A program made the position numbers and the translations under genes. A DNA stretch of 42,553 nucleotides from Verrucomicrobiota bacterium (GTDB taxonomy: Bacteria > Verrucomicrobiota > Kiritimatiellia > UBA8416): contig JABGOW010000245.1 of NCBI GenBank assembly GCA_018645275.1, positions 1 through 42,553 on the forward strand, in the 5' to 3' direction. Below the pieces are notes generated by a model. That model did no database searches. It saw only the letters and a list, made by a program, of their open reading frames with translations, and had not been told where the DNA came from. Below, piece by piece: positions 9,073 through 18,328 of this stretch. Each line of letters opens with the position of its first letter. Position 1 is the stretch's first letter.

Positions 9073-9208
9073 TCCCACACTTACTTGGTTACACCTAATC
9101 GCCCCGCTTCGTCGTAACAACCTGCATATCAGCGATTAAGCAGTTCGACTAGGCGTAACCAACGAAGGGTGGCGACGAAGAGTGCGATCAAGTGGGGGCT
9201 TAAGTGTG
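9073..9208. repeat. Structured repeat (U-unit family), copy upstream of tkt
   Basis: An ungapped alignment of 9131-9194 against 20491-20554 gives 49/64 identical. There is an internal inverted repeat, ttggttacacctaatcg (9085-9101) versus cgactaggcgtaaccaa (9146-9162), at 15/17. Confidence 0.75.
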
Positions 9209-9390
9209 AATACACTCGTGCTTGCCTGTTGCCCTTTCTGGGTTCATGCCTCTACATCCGGGCATCAACATTTGAACGTTATTAATTTCTTACTCCAACT
9301 CTCCACTAGACAAACAGAACCAGATGTGGCACAAACAGAAGCAATCGGGCTTTTTCGGACAGAAAACAACATATCAAGGAGGACGGCAAC

Positions 9391-11397
9391 ATGGCCATTA
9401 AGGCAACACTTGAAGAACTGCAACTCATCGGAAACACCATTCGCGGGCTCTCCATGGACGGCGTGCAAGCGGCAAACTCCGGTCACCCCGGCATGCCGAT
9501 GGGCATGGCTGACGTGGCTGCCGTGCTTTGGTTGAACTACCTCAACCACTGCCCTGCCAAGACAGATTGGGCTGACCGCGATCGATTTGTCCTCTCGGGC
9601 GGACATGGATCCATGCTGCTCTACAGCATGCTGCACCTGTCGGGCTATGATCTGCCCATCTCTGAGCTTGAGCAATTCCGCCAGTGGGACAGCAAAACCC
9701 CGGGGCACCCGGAAGTCGGACATACCGTTGGTGTTGAGACAACAACGGGGCCCCTGGGACAGGGCTGCGGCAACGGTGTGGGTATGGCCTTAGCCGAGCG
9801 TATGCTCTCGGAGCGCTACAATACGGATGAAGTCTCCCTGGTCGATCACTACACCTACGTTTTCTGCGGCGATGGCGACCTGATGGAAGGCATCAGCCAC
9901 GAAGCCTTCTCGCTCGCGGGCCACCTGGGCCTCAATAAGCTCATCGTCTTCTTCGATGACAATGAGATCACGATTGAAGGCCGCACCAATTTGGCCACCA
10001 GCGATAGCACAAAGCTGCGCTTTAAGGGCTACAACTGGAACATCATCGAGATTGATGCCCACGATTTCGTCCAGATCGAGAAGGCCATTCGTAAGGCCCG
10101 TCGTTCGAAGGACAAACCCACGCTGGTGGTCTGCAAGACCACAATCGGCAAGGGCAGCCCGAACAAAGCCGATACCTCTTCTGTTCATGGTGAGCCTCTC
10201 GGCGCAGACGAAGTTGTCCTGACAAAGCAGAACCTTGGTTTGCCTGAGGATCAGAAGTTCTACGTTCCGGAAACGGTTCGTGCCATGTTTGACAAGCGCC
10301 TGGGGCAGCTCAAGCGTAGCGCCAACAAGTGGGGCCGCACGTTCAAAGCCTACGCCGCCGCCAATCCTGAGCTGGCGGCCTCATGGACGGCTGGCCAGGA
10401 CGGCATCGTCCCAGAGGATTTGGAGGCTTACCTCCCAGAATTCGAAGTGGGCACCTCGATGGCCACGCGTGCCGCATCCGGCAAGGTCATTCAGTCGATG
10501 GCAAAGGCTATTCCTCACCTCGTCGGCGGTTCGGCTGACTTGGCGCCAAGCAACAAGAGCCGTATTGACGATAGCGATTCCATCCTTCCGGGTGAGTTCG
10601 AAGGGCGCAACTTCCACTTCGGTGTTCGTGAGCACGCCATGGGCTCTCTGCTGAATGGTCTTGCGCTGCACGGTGGGTTCCGGGTCTTCGGAGCAACGTT
10701 CTTTGTGTTCGTTGACTACATGCGCCCGACGGTCCGCCTCGCTGCACTCATGAACCTGCCCATCATCTACGTCTTCACGCACGATAGCTTCTACGTGGGC
10801 GAAGATGGGCCCACGCATGAGCCTATCGAGCAGCTCGCCTCACTGCGCTGCATTCCCGGCATGACGACCATCCGGCCGGCCGATCCCACTGAGACGGGTG
10901 CTGCTTGGGTTGCGGCAATGAAGAACACTGACGGCCCGACCGCTTTGCTGCTCACGCGCCAGAATCTGGACGTGATTGACCGTAGCGTCTATCCCGCGGC
11001 GGCGAATCTGGAAAAGGGCGCCTACACCCTCTGGCAGAGCGGTGAAGGCTCTCCGGATGTCCTGCTGATCGGTAGCGGATCTGAGCTTGAGTTGGTCTTC
11101 AAAGCTGCCAAAGAGCTGGCCGCAGAGTGCAACGTCCGCGTGGTAAGCATGCCATGCTGGGAGCTGTTTGATGCCCAGCCTGAAGCCTACCGCGCTGAGA
11201 CGATTCCGGTAGACTGTGCAACCATTCTCGCAGTGGAGGCAGCTTGCTCCATGGGCTGGGAACGCTACATCGGCACCAACGGACGCATGATTGCGATGGA
11301 TCACTTTGGTGCATCTGCACCCGCCGGTGTCCTCGCAGAGAAATTTGGTTACACCGTTGAAAACGTGGTGGCAACCGTACGTGAAATGCGCGGCTAA
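9391..11397 (+). CDS. tkt: Transketolase
   Basis: The 668-aa ORF has an AGGAGG RBS. The N-terminus ...IRGLSMDGVQAANSGHPGMPMGMADVAAVLW and later GDGDLMEGISHEA, THDSFYVGEDGPTHEPIEQLASLR are canonical transketolase motifs. Confidence 0.96.
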   Translation: MAIKATLEELQLIGNTIRGLSMDGVQAANSGHPGMPMGMADVAAVLWLNYLNHCPAKTDWADRDRFVLSGGHGSMLLYSMLHLSGYDLPISELEQFRQWDSKTPGHPEVGHTVGVETTTGPLGQGCGNGVGMALAERMLSERYNTDEVSLVDHYTYVFCGDGDLMEGISHEAFSLAGHLGLNKLIVFFDDNEITIEGRTNLATSDSTKLRFKGYNWNIIEIDAHDFVQIEKAIRKARRSKDKPTLVVCKTTIGKGSPNKADTSSVHGEPLGADEVVLTKQNLGLPEDQKFYVPETVRAMFDKRLGQLKRSANKWGRTFKAYAAANPELAASWTAGQDGIVPEDLEAYLPEFEVGTSMATRAASGKVIQSMAKAIPHLVGGSADLAPSNKSRIDDSDSILPGEFEGRNFHFGVREHAMGSLLNGLALHGGFRVFGATFFVFVDYMRPTVRLAALMNLPIIYVFTHDSFYVGEDGPTHEPIEQLASLRCIPGMTTIRPADPTETGAAWVAAMKNTDGPTALLLTRQNLDVIDRSVYPAAANLEKGAYTLWQSGEGSPDVLLIGSGSELELVFKAAKELAAECNVRVVSMPCWELFDAQPEAYRAETIPVDCATILAVEAACSMGWERYIGTNGRMIAMDHFGASAPAGVLAEKFGYTVENVVATVREMRG

Positions 11398-11416
11398 GCG
11401 TCGCTAACTCGTTTCC

Positions 11417-11452
11417 GAAAAGAGCCGCGGTTTCGACCGCGGCTCTTTTTTT
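11417..11452 (+). terminator. Rho-independent terminator of tkt
   Basis: It reads aaaagagccgcggt-ttcg-accgcggctct followed by T6 (stem 11421-11431 / 11436-11446, T-run 11447-11452). An A-run on the 5' side makes it look bidirectional. Confidence 0.9.
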
Positions 11453-11521
11453 GTGTGGACTTGTTTCGGGGGGGCGTCTGCCCCTATAGTTGCCCCAGCA
11501 CGTATCAGTGGAGATCGCGGC

Positions 11522-12796
11522 ATGGCAAGATTCGTTATTCAAGGTGGTAAACGCATTTCCGGGAAGCACAAGACGCCCGGCAACAAGAATGCTGCATTAC
11601 CTATGCTGGCGGCATGCGTACTGACCGATCAGCCGGTCACGTTGCAGAACGTCCCCTTGATTCGGGATGTCCACACCATGTTGGACATACTCTCGGAGCT
11701 TGGAGCCAGCGTAGAGCTGCGCGGACATACCGTCACCATATGCTGTGCAGGACTTCGCAAGCGCCGGCTGGACAAGACGCTCTGCCGGAGCGTGCGCTCT
11801 TCCATTCTCTTTGCCGGCCCCATGGCGGCGCGCCATGGCCGCGTGGTGGTTTCTCCTCCCGGAGGCGACATTATCGGCCGGCGACGACTGGATACCCACT
11901 TTGATGGTCTCGCACAGTTGGGGATCTCGGTTGAGGCAGATCAAGACTATGCCTTTCGGCGAGATGACTTCAGAGCCGCTGACATTCTGCTTGATGAAGC
12001 CAGCGTCACCGCCACAGAGAACATTCTCATGGCTGCCGTATTGGCCCCCGGGTGCACCACCCTCTTCAATGCCGCCTGTGAACCACATGTTCAGGACCTC
12101 TGCCGGATGCTCAACAAGATGGGAGCGCAGATTCAGGGCATCGGAACAAACTACCTTACCATTGAAGGCGTGGCATCACTGCAAGGGGCGCGCCACCGCG
12201 TTTCGTCTGATTACGTGGAGGCCGCCAGTTTCATCACCGCTGCTGCTCTGACGGGTGGCACTCTGCAGGTCGATTCTATTGTTCCGGAAGATTTTGCCAT
12301 CATCGGCAAGCACTTTGCCCGCCTTGGGATCCAGTGGGAACTGAGCGGAGGAGCGCTTCGTGTGCCCGCTCAGCAAGCCCTCAACATACAGGATGATTTC
12401 GGGGCAGCTGTTCCGAAGATTGAAGATGGAACGTGGCCCAACTTCCCATCCGATCTGATGAGTGTTTCCATTGTTCTGGCTTCACAGGCCCATGGCACCA
12501 TGCTCTTCTTCGAGAAGATGTTCGAGAGCCGAATGTACTTCGTAGACCGTCTGATAGAGATGGGTGCACGCATCGTGCAGTGTGACCCGCATCGTGTCGT
12601 GGTGAGCGGGCCAACAACACTACATGGCACACGTCTCTCCAGCCCCGACATCCGTGCGGGTATGTCTATGTTGCTCGCGGCGCTATGCGCCAAGGGCGAG
12701 AGCATCATAGAAAATGCGCAGGTCATTGACCGCGGTTATGAGCATGTAGACCGCGAGCTGCGTCGGCTGGGGGCCGATATCGAACGCATCGACTAA
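11522..12796 (+). CDS. murA: UDP-N-acetylglucosamine 1-carboxyvinyltransferase
   Basis: The start is MARFVIQGGKRISGKHKTPGNKNAALPMLAACVL (ATG at 11522). It has EPSP-synthase-fold repeats and ends ...IDRGYEHVDRELRRLGADIERID. Confidence 0.95.
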   Translation: MARFVIQGGKRISGKHKTPGNKNAALPMLAACVLTDQPVTLQNVPLIRDVHTMLDILSELGASVELRGHTVTICCAGLRKRRLDKTLCRSVRSSILFAGPMAARHGRVVVSPPGGDIIGRRRLDTHFDGLAQLGISVEADQDYAFRRDDFRAADILLDEASVTATENILMAAVLAPGCTTLFNAACEPHVQDLCRMLNKMGAQIQGIGTNYLTIEGVASLQGARHRVSSDYVEAASFITAAALTGGTLQVDSIVPEDFAIIGKHFARLGIQWELSGGALRVPAQQALNIQDDFGAAVPKIEDGTWPNFPSDLMSVSIVLASQAHGTMLFFEKMFESRMYFVDRLIEMGARIVQCDPHRVVVSGPTTLHGTRLSSPDIRAGMSMLLAALCAKGESIIENAQVIDRGYEHVDRELRRLGADIERID

Positions 12797-12818
12797 CTCG
12801 CGTGCGCGTTTTGATGTC

Positions 12819-13460
12819 CTATTCAGAAGCTTCGGCGGCGCGTTGGCGCAGGCGTTCCGTACGCCAAGGGGGCCTTCGCTCATCATCATGGCCACCGCCC
12901 TCATGAGGGGGACCGCCCTCATGCCCTCTCTGGAAACGCCCCTTCCGCCCGCCTTCAGCCCCGTCATGATCAGCGCCACGGCGCTCTCGCATCATGTTCC
13001 GTAGAGCCTCGGCCTGCTCAGGCTCCAAGATACGGCGCATGAACAACAGATGCCGAACGCGAAGTTTCGCCTGCTGAGTATGAATCCTTCCTGTTTCTTC
13101 AACAGCGGCCATTAGCGCGCTTTCATCAAGATCGTCAGCGGTCATCAGGCGTGCCTGATTCATGGCGGCGGCTTCCAACCTCTCCTTCAGCTCAATGTGC
13201 TCCTGCTTGAGATCCTCCACTTGCTCGCGGATCGCATCGCGCTGTTCCTCGCTCAACCCCAGCTTTTCAGCAATTTCGCGGTTCTGAAGTGCTCTTCCAA
13301 ACAACCCACCCTCAGCCTTTCTTCCTCCGTGGCCCTGCCGCATTCTTGCTGTTTGGCCGTCACGCCTTCCCGCCGGCGATTGCGGTGTCTCCAAGTCCTG
13401 ACCAGCAGCCCACAGTGTCAACAGTGCCGATAGCACCACCATCGTAAATACGTTCTTCAT
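12819..13460 (-). CDS. Spy/CpxP-family (LTXXQ-type) periplasmic protein with Gly/His-rich C-terminal tail
   Basis: The start is MKNVFTMVVLSALLTLWAAG (signal peptide, GGAG upstream). It has helical LSEEQRDAIREQVEDLKQEHIELKERLE and LEPEQAEALRNMM motifs. The tail is HDGAEGGRKGRFQRGHEGGPPHEGGGHDDE. Confidence 0.6.
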   Translation of the reverse strand: MKNVFTMVVLSALLTLWAAGQDLETPQSPAGRRDGQTARMRQGHGGRKAEGGLFGRALQNREIAEKLGLSEEQRDAIREQVEDLKQEHIELKERLEAAAMNQARLMTADDLDESALMAAVEETGRIHTQQAKLRVRHLLFMRRILEPEQAEALRNMMRERRGADHDGAEGGRKGRFQRGHEGGPPHEGGGHDDERRPPWRTERLRQRAAEASE

Positions 13461-13534
13461 GATTCCATCTCCTCTCGGACCTACAACGTGCTGGTCGCCC
13501 GTTCTATTGCACGCCTTCTCCATTTATCGCATGG

Positions 13535-14680
13535 CTACTGATACTCAAAGTGCTTTTCACAAGGTGCCAGGTAACGCCATCCGTGCGGCGTCACGACAAT
13601 GGTGTCCTCGATACGGATCCCGCCAAGCGCAGGATAGTAGAGCCCGGGCTCAATGGTGATCACGTCACCGATCCTTAAGCGTTCGCGCGATGCCCCCAAG
13701 GAAGGTGCTTCGTGAATAGCGAGTCCAACGCCATGCCCCGTGCTATGAATGAACCCAACCGCACGATCAGATTGTCGCCGTGTTTCGAATCGACGGCGGT
13801 GGAAGACTGCTACAGCTTCACGGTGTACGCTCAAACAGGATGCCCCCGGGCACACAGCGCGGAGCGCTGCCGTCTGCGCTGCTTTCACCGCCGCATACAT
13901 CTGCTTCAACTCCCGGGATGCTGTTCCCTTTAGCACCGTGCGCGTGATATCTCCCCAGTAGCCATGGTTCAAATGCTGTGGGAATATGTCGATGACGATG
14001 GGAGCGTGGGCCGTAAGCGGGCCGTGTCCACGTTCGTGCGGATCTGCAGACTGATGGCCGCAAGCCACAATCGTCTCTGCGCAGAAGCTGTCGTGGGCGA
14101 GAAGTACGCCGGCAATGTGGCGATGCACCTTCTCGGACGTCAAACGCTTCCCGTTAACCCGCAGTATTCCCCGGGCATCAATATCGCTACCTCGAATCAG
14201 CGCACAGGCAGAACGCATGGCAATGACCGCAGCTCGCTGCGCCTGGGCAATGTGGCGTACTTCTTCGGGGCGTTTTGATCGCCGCTTAGGAAAAGGAGGT
14301 CGATCCAGCAGCTCCACTTTGAACCGCGCTCGTTTCAGCGCACAGGCGATACCGTGCGGAAAATCGCCAGGGACACAGACTTCGCTTACGCCAACGTGCC
14401 TGAGAAGCGACTCGATCCACGCAGCGAGAGATCCACGCTTGGACGCATCTACGCCCAGCTGCTGTGGCGTGAACACCTCAATGGTCCGTTTTTTGCCAAT
14501 GCCCGAAGCTCGACCCCATTCCAGTTGGGATACCACCATGAGCTTGCGGCGGCCTATTTCTGCGTAGACAATGGGGTCCGGGGCCATAAAGCCCGTCGCG
14601 TAAAGGATATCCGGACAGCTGTTTGGGCTTCCAACCAGTAGAATTCTGGCTGTTAATGGTTCCGTGGTTTGCCTCGACAT
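13535..14680 (-). CDS. M24-family Xaa-Pro peptidase
   Basis: The start is MSRQTTEPL (ATG at 14680). The pita-bread fold metal ligands appear in context: DIFPQHLNHGYWGDITRT, HSTGHGVGLAIHE, ITIEPGLYYPALGGIRIEDTIVV. Confidence 0.85.
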   Translation of the reverse strand: MSRQTTEPLTARILLVGSPNSCPDILYATGFMAPDPIVYAEIGRRKLMVVSQLEWGRASGIGKKRTIEVFTPQQLGVDASKRGSLAAWIESLLRHVGVSEVCVPGDFPHGIACALKRARFKVELLDRPPFPKRRSKRPEEVRHIAQAQRAAVIAMRSACALIRGSDIDARGILRVNGKRLTSEKVHRHIAGVLLAHDSFCAETIVACGHQSADPHERGHGPLTAHAPIVIDIFPQHLNHGYWGDITRTVLKGTASRELKQMYAAVKAAQTAALRAVCPGASCLSVHREAVAVFHRRRFETRRQSDRAVGFIHSTGHGVGLAIHEAPSLGASRERLRIGDVITIEPGLYYPALGGIRIEDTIVVTPHGWRYLAPCEKHFEYQ

Positions 14681-14731
14681 GATCTTAATCGCCCCGTGAT
14701 CCGTCACATTAGGGTTCTGTGAGATACGCAC

Positions 14732-15208
14732 TACAGTTACTGCATATGGCAGCCCAACTCAAGGCGCGATGTACTTACTGGTCTGGAACTTGTGTCGACT
14801 GTGCTCCCATGTGAATGAAACTGGGGCCCTAAGCGCTATGGAAATGGTACTCTGTTTGTAGTACAGTGTATAACTCACATATTATCAACAGGTTACAGTA
14901 CTTCATTCAACACAGAGCTGACAGAGTCCTACGCAGCGTTAGCTCTCGAGGTCACGCTTCTCTCGCCAAGCGCAGCGTGCAGCGCAAAACGTCATGCCGG
15001 AGATGGAAACGAAACGCGTCAACCCACTTTCTTTCCACGTCCATAGACGGCCATATTTCCACAACTCCCTTGTTTGGACTGTGTTAAGACGAGCTGTTAA
15101 TAACCTGTTTATATGTTAACATCTTTTTTTCTTGTTGCTGAGGGGTGGTCTGGGGCTATGATCGCCCCGGTTGCGAGAAGAAAACAAGCCGCTTGGGAGT
15201 GAGAAATC
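14732..15208. other. Candidate oriC part 1 / dnaA promoter region
   Basis: This 477-bp non-coding spacer lies upstream of dnaA. It has an AT-rich stretch at 15085-15135 (tgttaagacgagctgttaataacctgtttatatgttaacatcttttttt). It has near-consensus DnaA-box-like 9-mers: TTATCAACA at 14882 and ATTTCCACA at 15054. There is no perfect TTATCCACA. Confidence 0.4.
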
Positions 15209-16576
15209 GTGGAAATGATGCCATCTGCTGCACTGTGGGACAAGGCATGTAAGTACCTCAAGGAGGCACTCCACGCCGATGTCTACTCCCGCTGGATTGC
15301 CGTTATTGATCCCGTCGACTTAGAAGGCTCCAACCTGACGCTTGCTGTTGACAACGATTTCTACCAGTCCTGGCTCGAAGAGAACTACCTCCCATTGATT
15401 CTGAAGGCGCTTCAGTCGGTCTCTGCTACAGATTGGCAGATCAGCTTCACCGTAAAGGCTCGGGCAGCGAGTAGCACGGAGCCAACCCCGGCGAAGAAGG
15501 AGCGCAAAACCATCCGAGAGCGTCTCTCTCCGAAGAGTCCAAAGTTCACCCCTTCGCTCAATCCCAAGTTTACGATGGATACCTTCATCGTGGGCCCGTC
15601 TAACAGTTTCGGCCACGCCGCAGCACTTGCTGTCGCCGAGGCGCCCGGTCGGGCATACAATCCACTTTTCATCTACGGTGGTGTGGGGCTGGGAAAAACC
15701 CATCTGATGCAGGCGATCGGTCAGTCCGTTCTTGATAGCGGCAAGGCGCGTAACGTTCGTTATCTCTCTTCAGAAACCATGCTCAATGAGTACATTGACG
15801 CCTTGCAGAATCGCAGCCTGACACAGTTCCGCAAGCGCTATCGCACAGCTGATGTACTGCTCATTGACGATATCCACTTTCTTGCTGGCAAGGATCGTAT
15901 TCAGGAAGAGTTCTTTCATACCTTCAATACGCTCTTTGATTCGCACAAACAGATCATTATGACCAGCGATCGGCCGGCCAGCGAAATCACGGGGCTGGAG
16001 AAACGACTTGTGTCCCGCTTTGAGTGGGGGTTGGTCACCGAGCTGGAAGAGCCGGACTTTGAAACCCGCATGGCGATTCTGCGCTACAAGCAGAAGCAGA
16101 TGGATGTTGAGCTCCCGAAAGAACTGATGACGTTCATAGCAGAGAACATCCGCTCCAACGTGCGGCGCCTGGAAGGTGCCTTGATTCGGGCTGTCTCGTA
16201 CGCTTCACTTACCAACCAGGTTCTGACTCTGGATTCGCTTCAACGCCTCTTGCGCGATACGCTTGAACAGGAGAAGGCGGGCGATCTGAGCTTTGCAGAC
16301 ATCCAACGTACTGTGGCTGAGCACTACGATATCCGCTTTGCTGATATGAGTAGCTCTCGTCGTCCACGCTCCATTGCGGTTCCTCGTCAGGTGGCCATGT
16401 ATCTTTGTAGACGCATGACTCCCTCCTCCTTACCTGACATCGCAACGGCATTCGGAAAGACCCATGCCACGGTGCTACATGCCTACCGCAGCATTGAGAG
16501 TCGCATGGATGTCGATGGCGATTTGAAGCGCAACGTCGTTGATATCTCCCGTAAGCTCGGTAAGACCCTTGCTTAA
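15209..16576 (+). CDS. dnaA: Chromosomal replication initiator protein DnaA
   Basis: The 455-aa ORF has a GTG start with GGGAG upstream; ATG alternatives lie at 15215 and 15218. It has Walker A GGVGLGKTHLMQA, the AAA+ box LLIDDIHFL, and C-terminal DNA-binding helices (VAMYLCRRMT...SLPDIATAFGKTHATVLHAYRSIE). Confidence 0.97.
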   Translation: MEMMPSAALWDKACKYLKEALHADVYSRWIAVIDPVDLEGSNLTLAVDNDFYQSWLEENYLPLILKALQSVSATDWQISFTVKARAASSTEPTPAKKERKTIRERLSPKSPKFTPSLNPKFTMDTFIVGPSNSFGHAAALAVAEAPGRAYNPLFIYGGVGLGKTHLMQAIGQSVLDSGKARNVRYLSSETMLNEYIDALQNRSLTQFRKRYRTADVLLIDDIHFLAGKDRIQEEFFHTFNTLFDSHKQIIMTSDRPASEITGLEKRLVSRFEWGLVTELEEPDFETRMAILRYKQKQMDVELPKELMTFIAENIRSNVRRLEGALIRAVSYASLTNQVLTLDSLQRLLRDTLEQEKAGDLSFADIQRTVAEHYDIRFADMSSSRRPRSIAVPRQVAMYLCRRMTPSSLPDIATAFGKTHATVLHAYRSIESRMDVDGDLKRNVVDISRKLGKTLA

Positions 16577-16946
16577 TCCGGCAAATGGCCGTCTGATCTG
16601 CACCATGAGAAACCCAATTGCACACTCGAAATGCATAGACGATGTCTCTGAATGCCATCGGAATAGGATGAAACGAGGCATTTCATAACATGTTCAAAAC
16701 CACGATACAGATTGGTGATAGCTCATTACTTATTCAACGGTGCTTCACTTATGAGTGTTTCTCTGATAGTCGTTGACAGCTCCGTCAACAGCTTCGAGGG
16801 GGCGTATCTCTGCGCCAGTCGTGGTCTGCGCTGGGTTATGAACAGAATGAACAGCATATAATAAGTTGAATAGATTAAGTTAATAGGCTATTAAGTCATA
16901 TCCTCTTGAAGATAAATATCAGAACTTGCATCGGTGGAGGCCTGAG
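16577..16946. other. Candidate oriC part 2 (dnaA-dnaN spacer with AT-rich unwinding-element-like tract)
   Basis: This is a 370-bp spacer. The tract at 16850-16920 is strongly AT-rich (cagcatataataagttgaatagattaagttaataggctattaagtcatatcc). Box-like 9-mers are TTATGAACA at 16846 and TTATTCAAC at 16730. There is a palindrome gttgacagctccgtcaac at about 16772-16789. Confidence 0.4.
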
Positions 16947-18044
16947 ATGAAGTTGACCATAGACAAAGCGTCCCTCTTGGCAGGGCTCCAAAGCGTCCAG
17001 AATGTTGTAAGCGTTCGTAGCACGCTCCCCATTCTCTCTAACGCGCTCCTCAGTGCAGAAGAGGGTGGTCTTGTAATTTCAGCTACCGACCTTGAGGTCA
17101 GCGTACGCAGCAAAGTCGCTGGTGAAATTGCCAAAGAGGGTAGTACCACCATTCCCGTTCGTCGCCTTTCCAGCATCGTCCGCGAACTGCCCGAAAGCAC
17201 AGTAGAACTCGACGTTGATGAGAAAGACCAGGCTTCCGTTACCTGCGGCTCCTCGTTCTTCAAGATTGTGGGAATGGCCGGCGAGGAATTTCCCCCGATG
17301 CCGGAGGCTGATGAGGGCAGCTTCTGCTACCATCTGGATCAGGGCGTCTTTCGTGAGATGCTGAAGAAGACATCCTATGCGGCCTCAACTGATGAGACTC
17401 GATATGTACTTAACGGTGTTCTCTTGAGTTTCAAAGAGGGTAAGTTGACCATGGTTGCCACTGACGGTCGTAGACTGGCCCTGGTTGAGAGTGAAGTCGA
17501 GTTTCCTGCGGAGGCAGAGACCAACATGATTCTGCCCTCCAAGGCTGTTAACGAGCTTCAGCATGTGCTCGCGGACGAGGGAGATCTGCGTATCTTCGCA
17601 AAAGACAACCAGATCATCTTTGAGTTTGGCGATATCATGGTGGCATCAAAGCTGATCGACGGGACCTATCCCAACTTCCGGCAGGTGATCCCGGCGCAGT
17701 GTGAAGAGCGCGTGACGGTTGAACGCGAAGCTCTGCTGACGGCACTCAAACGCGCATCGCTCATCACGGCTGACAAGGCCAGTGCAACGAAGCTCACGTT
17801 TGAGAACAACAATCTCGTTATTCTCACCAGCACGCCGGATGTTGGCGAAGCCCGTGAGACGATTCCGATCAAGTACACCGGGAAGTCCATTACCGTGGCC
17901 TTCAATCCCGATTACATGATGGATCCCCTCAAGAATCTGGCTAACGACGAGATCGCCGTTGAGCTCACGGACAATTTGAGTCCAGGGGTGATCAAGTGCG
18001 ATATTCCGTTCCTCTACGTTTTGATGCCGATGAGGGTTGACTAA
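16947..18044 (+). CDS. dnaN: DNA polymerase III beta sliding clamp
   Basis: The start is MKLTIDKASLLAGLQSVQNVVSVRSTLPILSNALL (ATG at 16947, GGTGGAGG upstream). Length is 365 aa. It has typical clamp motifs (ATDGRRLAL, LIDGTYPNFRQVIP). Confidence 0.95.
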   Translation: MKLTIDKASLLAGLQSVQNVVSVRSTLPILSNALLSAEEGGLVISATDLEVSVRSKVAGEIAKEGSTTIPVRRLSSIVRELPESTVELDVDEKDQASVTCGSSFFKIVGMAGEEFPPMPEADEGSFCYHLDQGVFREMLKKTSYAASTDETRYVLNGVLLSFKEGKLTMVATDGRRLALVESEVEFPAEAETNMILPSKAVNELQHVLADEGDLRIFAKDNQIIFEFGDIMVASKLIDGTYPNFRQVIPAQCEERVTVEREALLTALKRASLITADKASATKLTFENNNLVILTSTPDVGEARETIPIKYTGKSITVAFNPDYMMDPLKNLANDEIAVELTDNLSPGVIKCDIPFLYVLMPMRVD

Positions 18045-18086
18045 CGGCGCGGACCTGAGTAAGAATACGCGCCTTCATTCCATTAC

Positions 18087-18160
18087 TGCCCGATTGTGTA
18101 ATGGTAGCACAACGGTCTCTGACACCGTTTGTCTAGGTTCGAGTCCTAGTCGGGCAACCA
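18087..18160 (+). tRNA. tRNA-Gln (anticodon CUG), CCA encoded
   Basis: A hand-folded cloverleaf fits. Acceptor stem is tgcccga/tcgggca, D stem gtgt/gcac, anticodon stem acggt/accgt with loop cuCUGac. The variable loop is ttgt and the T arm ctagg-ttcgagt-cctag, followed by A-CCA. It is 74 nt, and the U1-A72 pair fits bacterial tRNA-Gln. Confidence 0.9.
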
Positions 18161-18328
18161 TCCTTCGCTCCTCGTTTCTCGGCGCTACGGGTGGCAAGCC
18201 CCTCGTCTCCTCACCGCAGAAGAGCTTGCAGAGAGGATATCACTATCGTACCGTGTGCGGACTCTCTTTGAGCGGGAGTTGATTGCGCAGTCGCGCGGTT
18301 GGGAAGATTCTAATTTGGAGCGATACTG

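Noticed and set aside
14866-15087. A 73-aa ORF in the spacer upstream of dnaA.
   Set aside because: It has a non-ATG start, no RBS and a basic low-complexity product. It lies in the candidate origin/promoter region.
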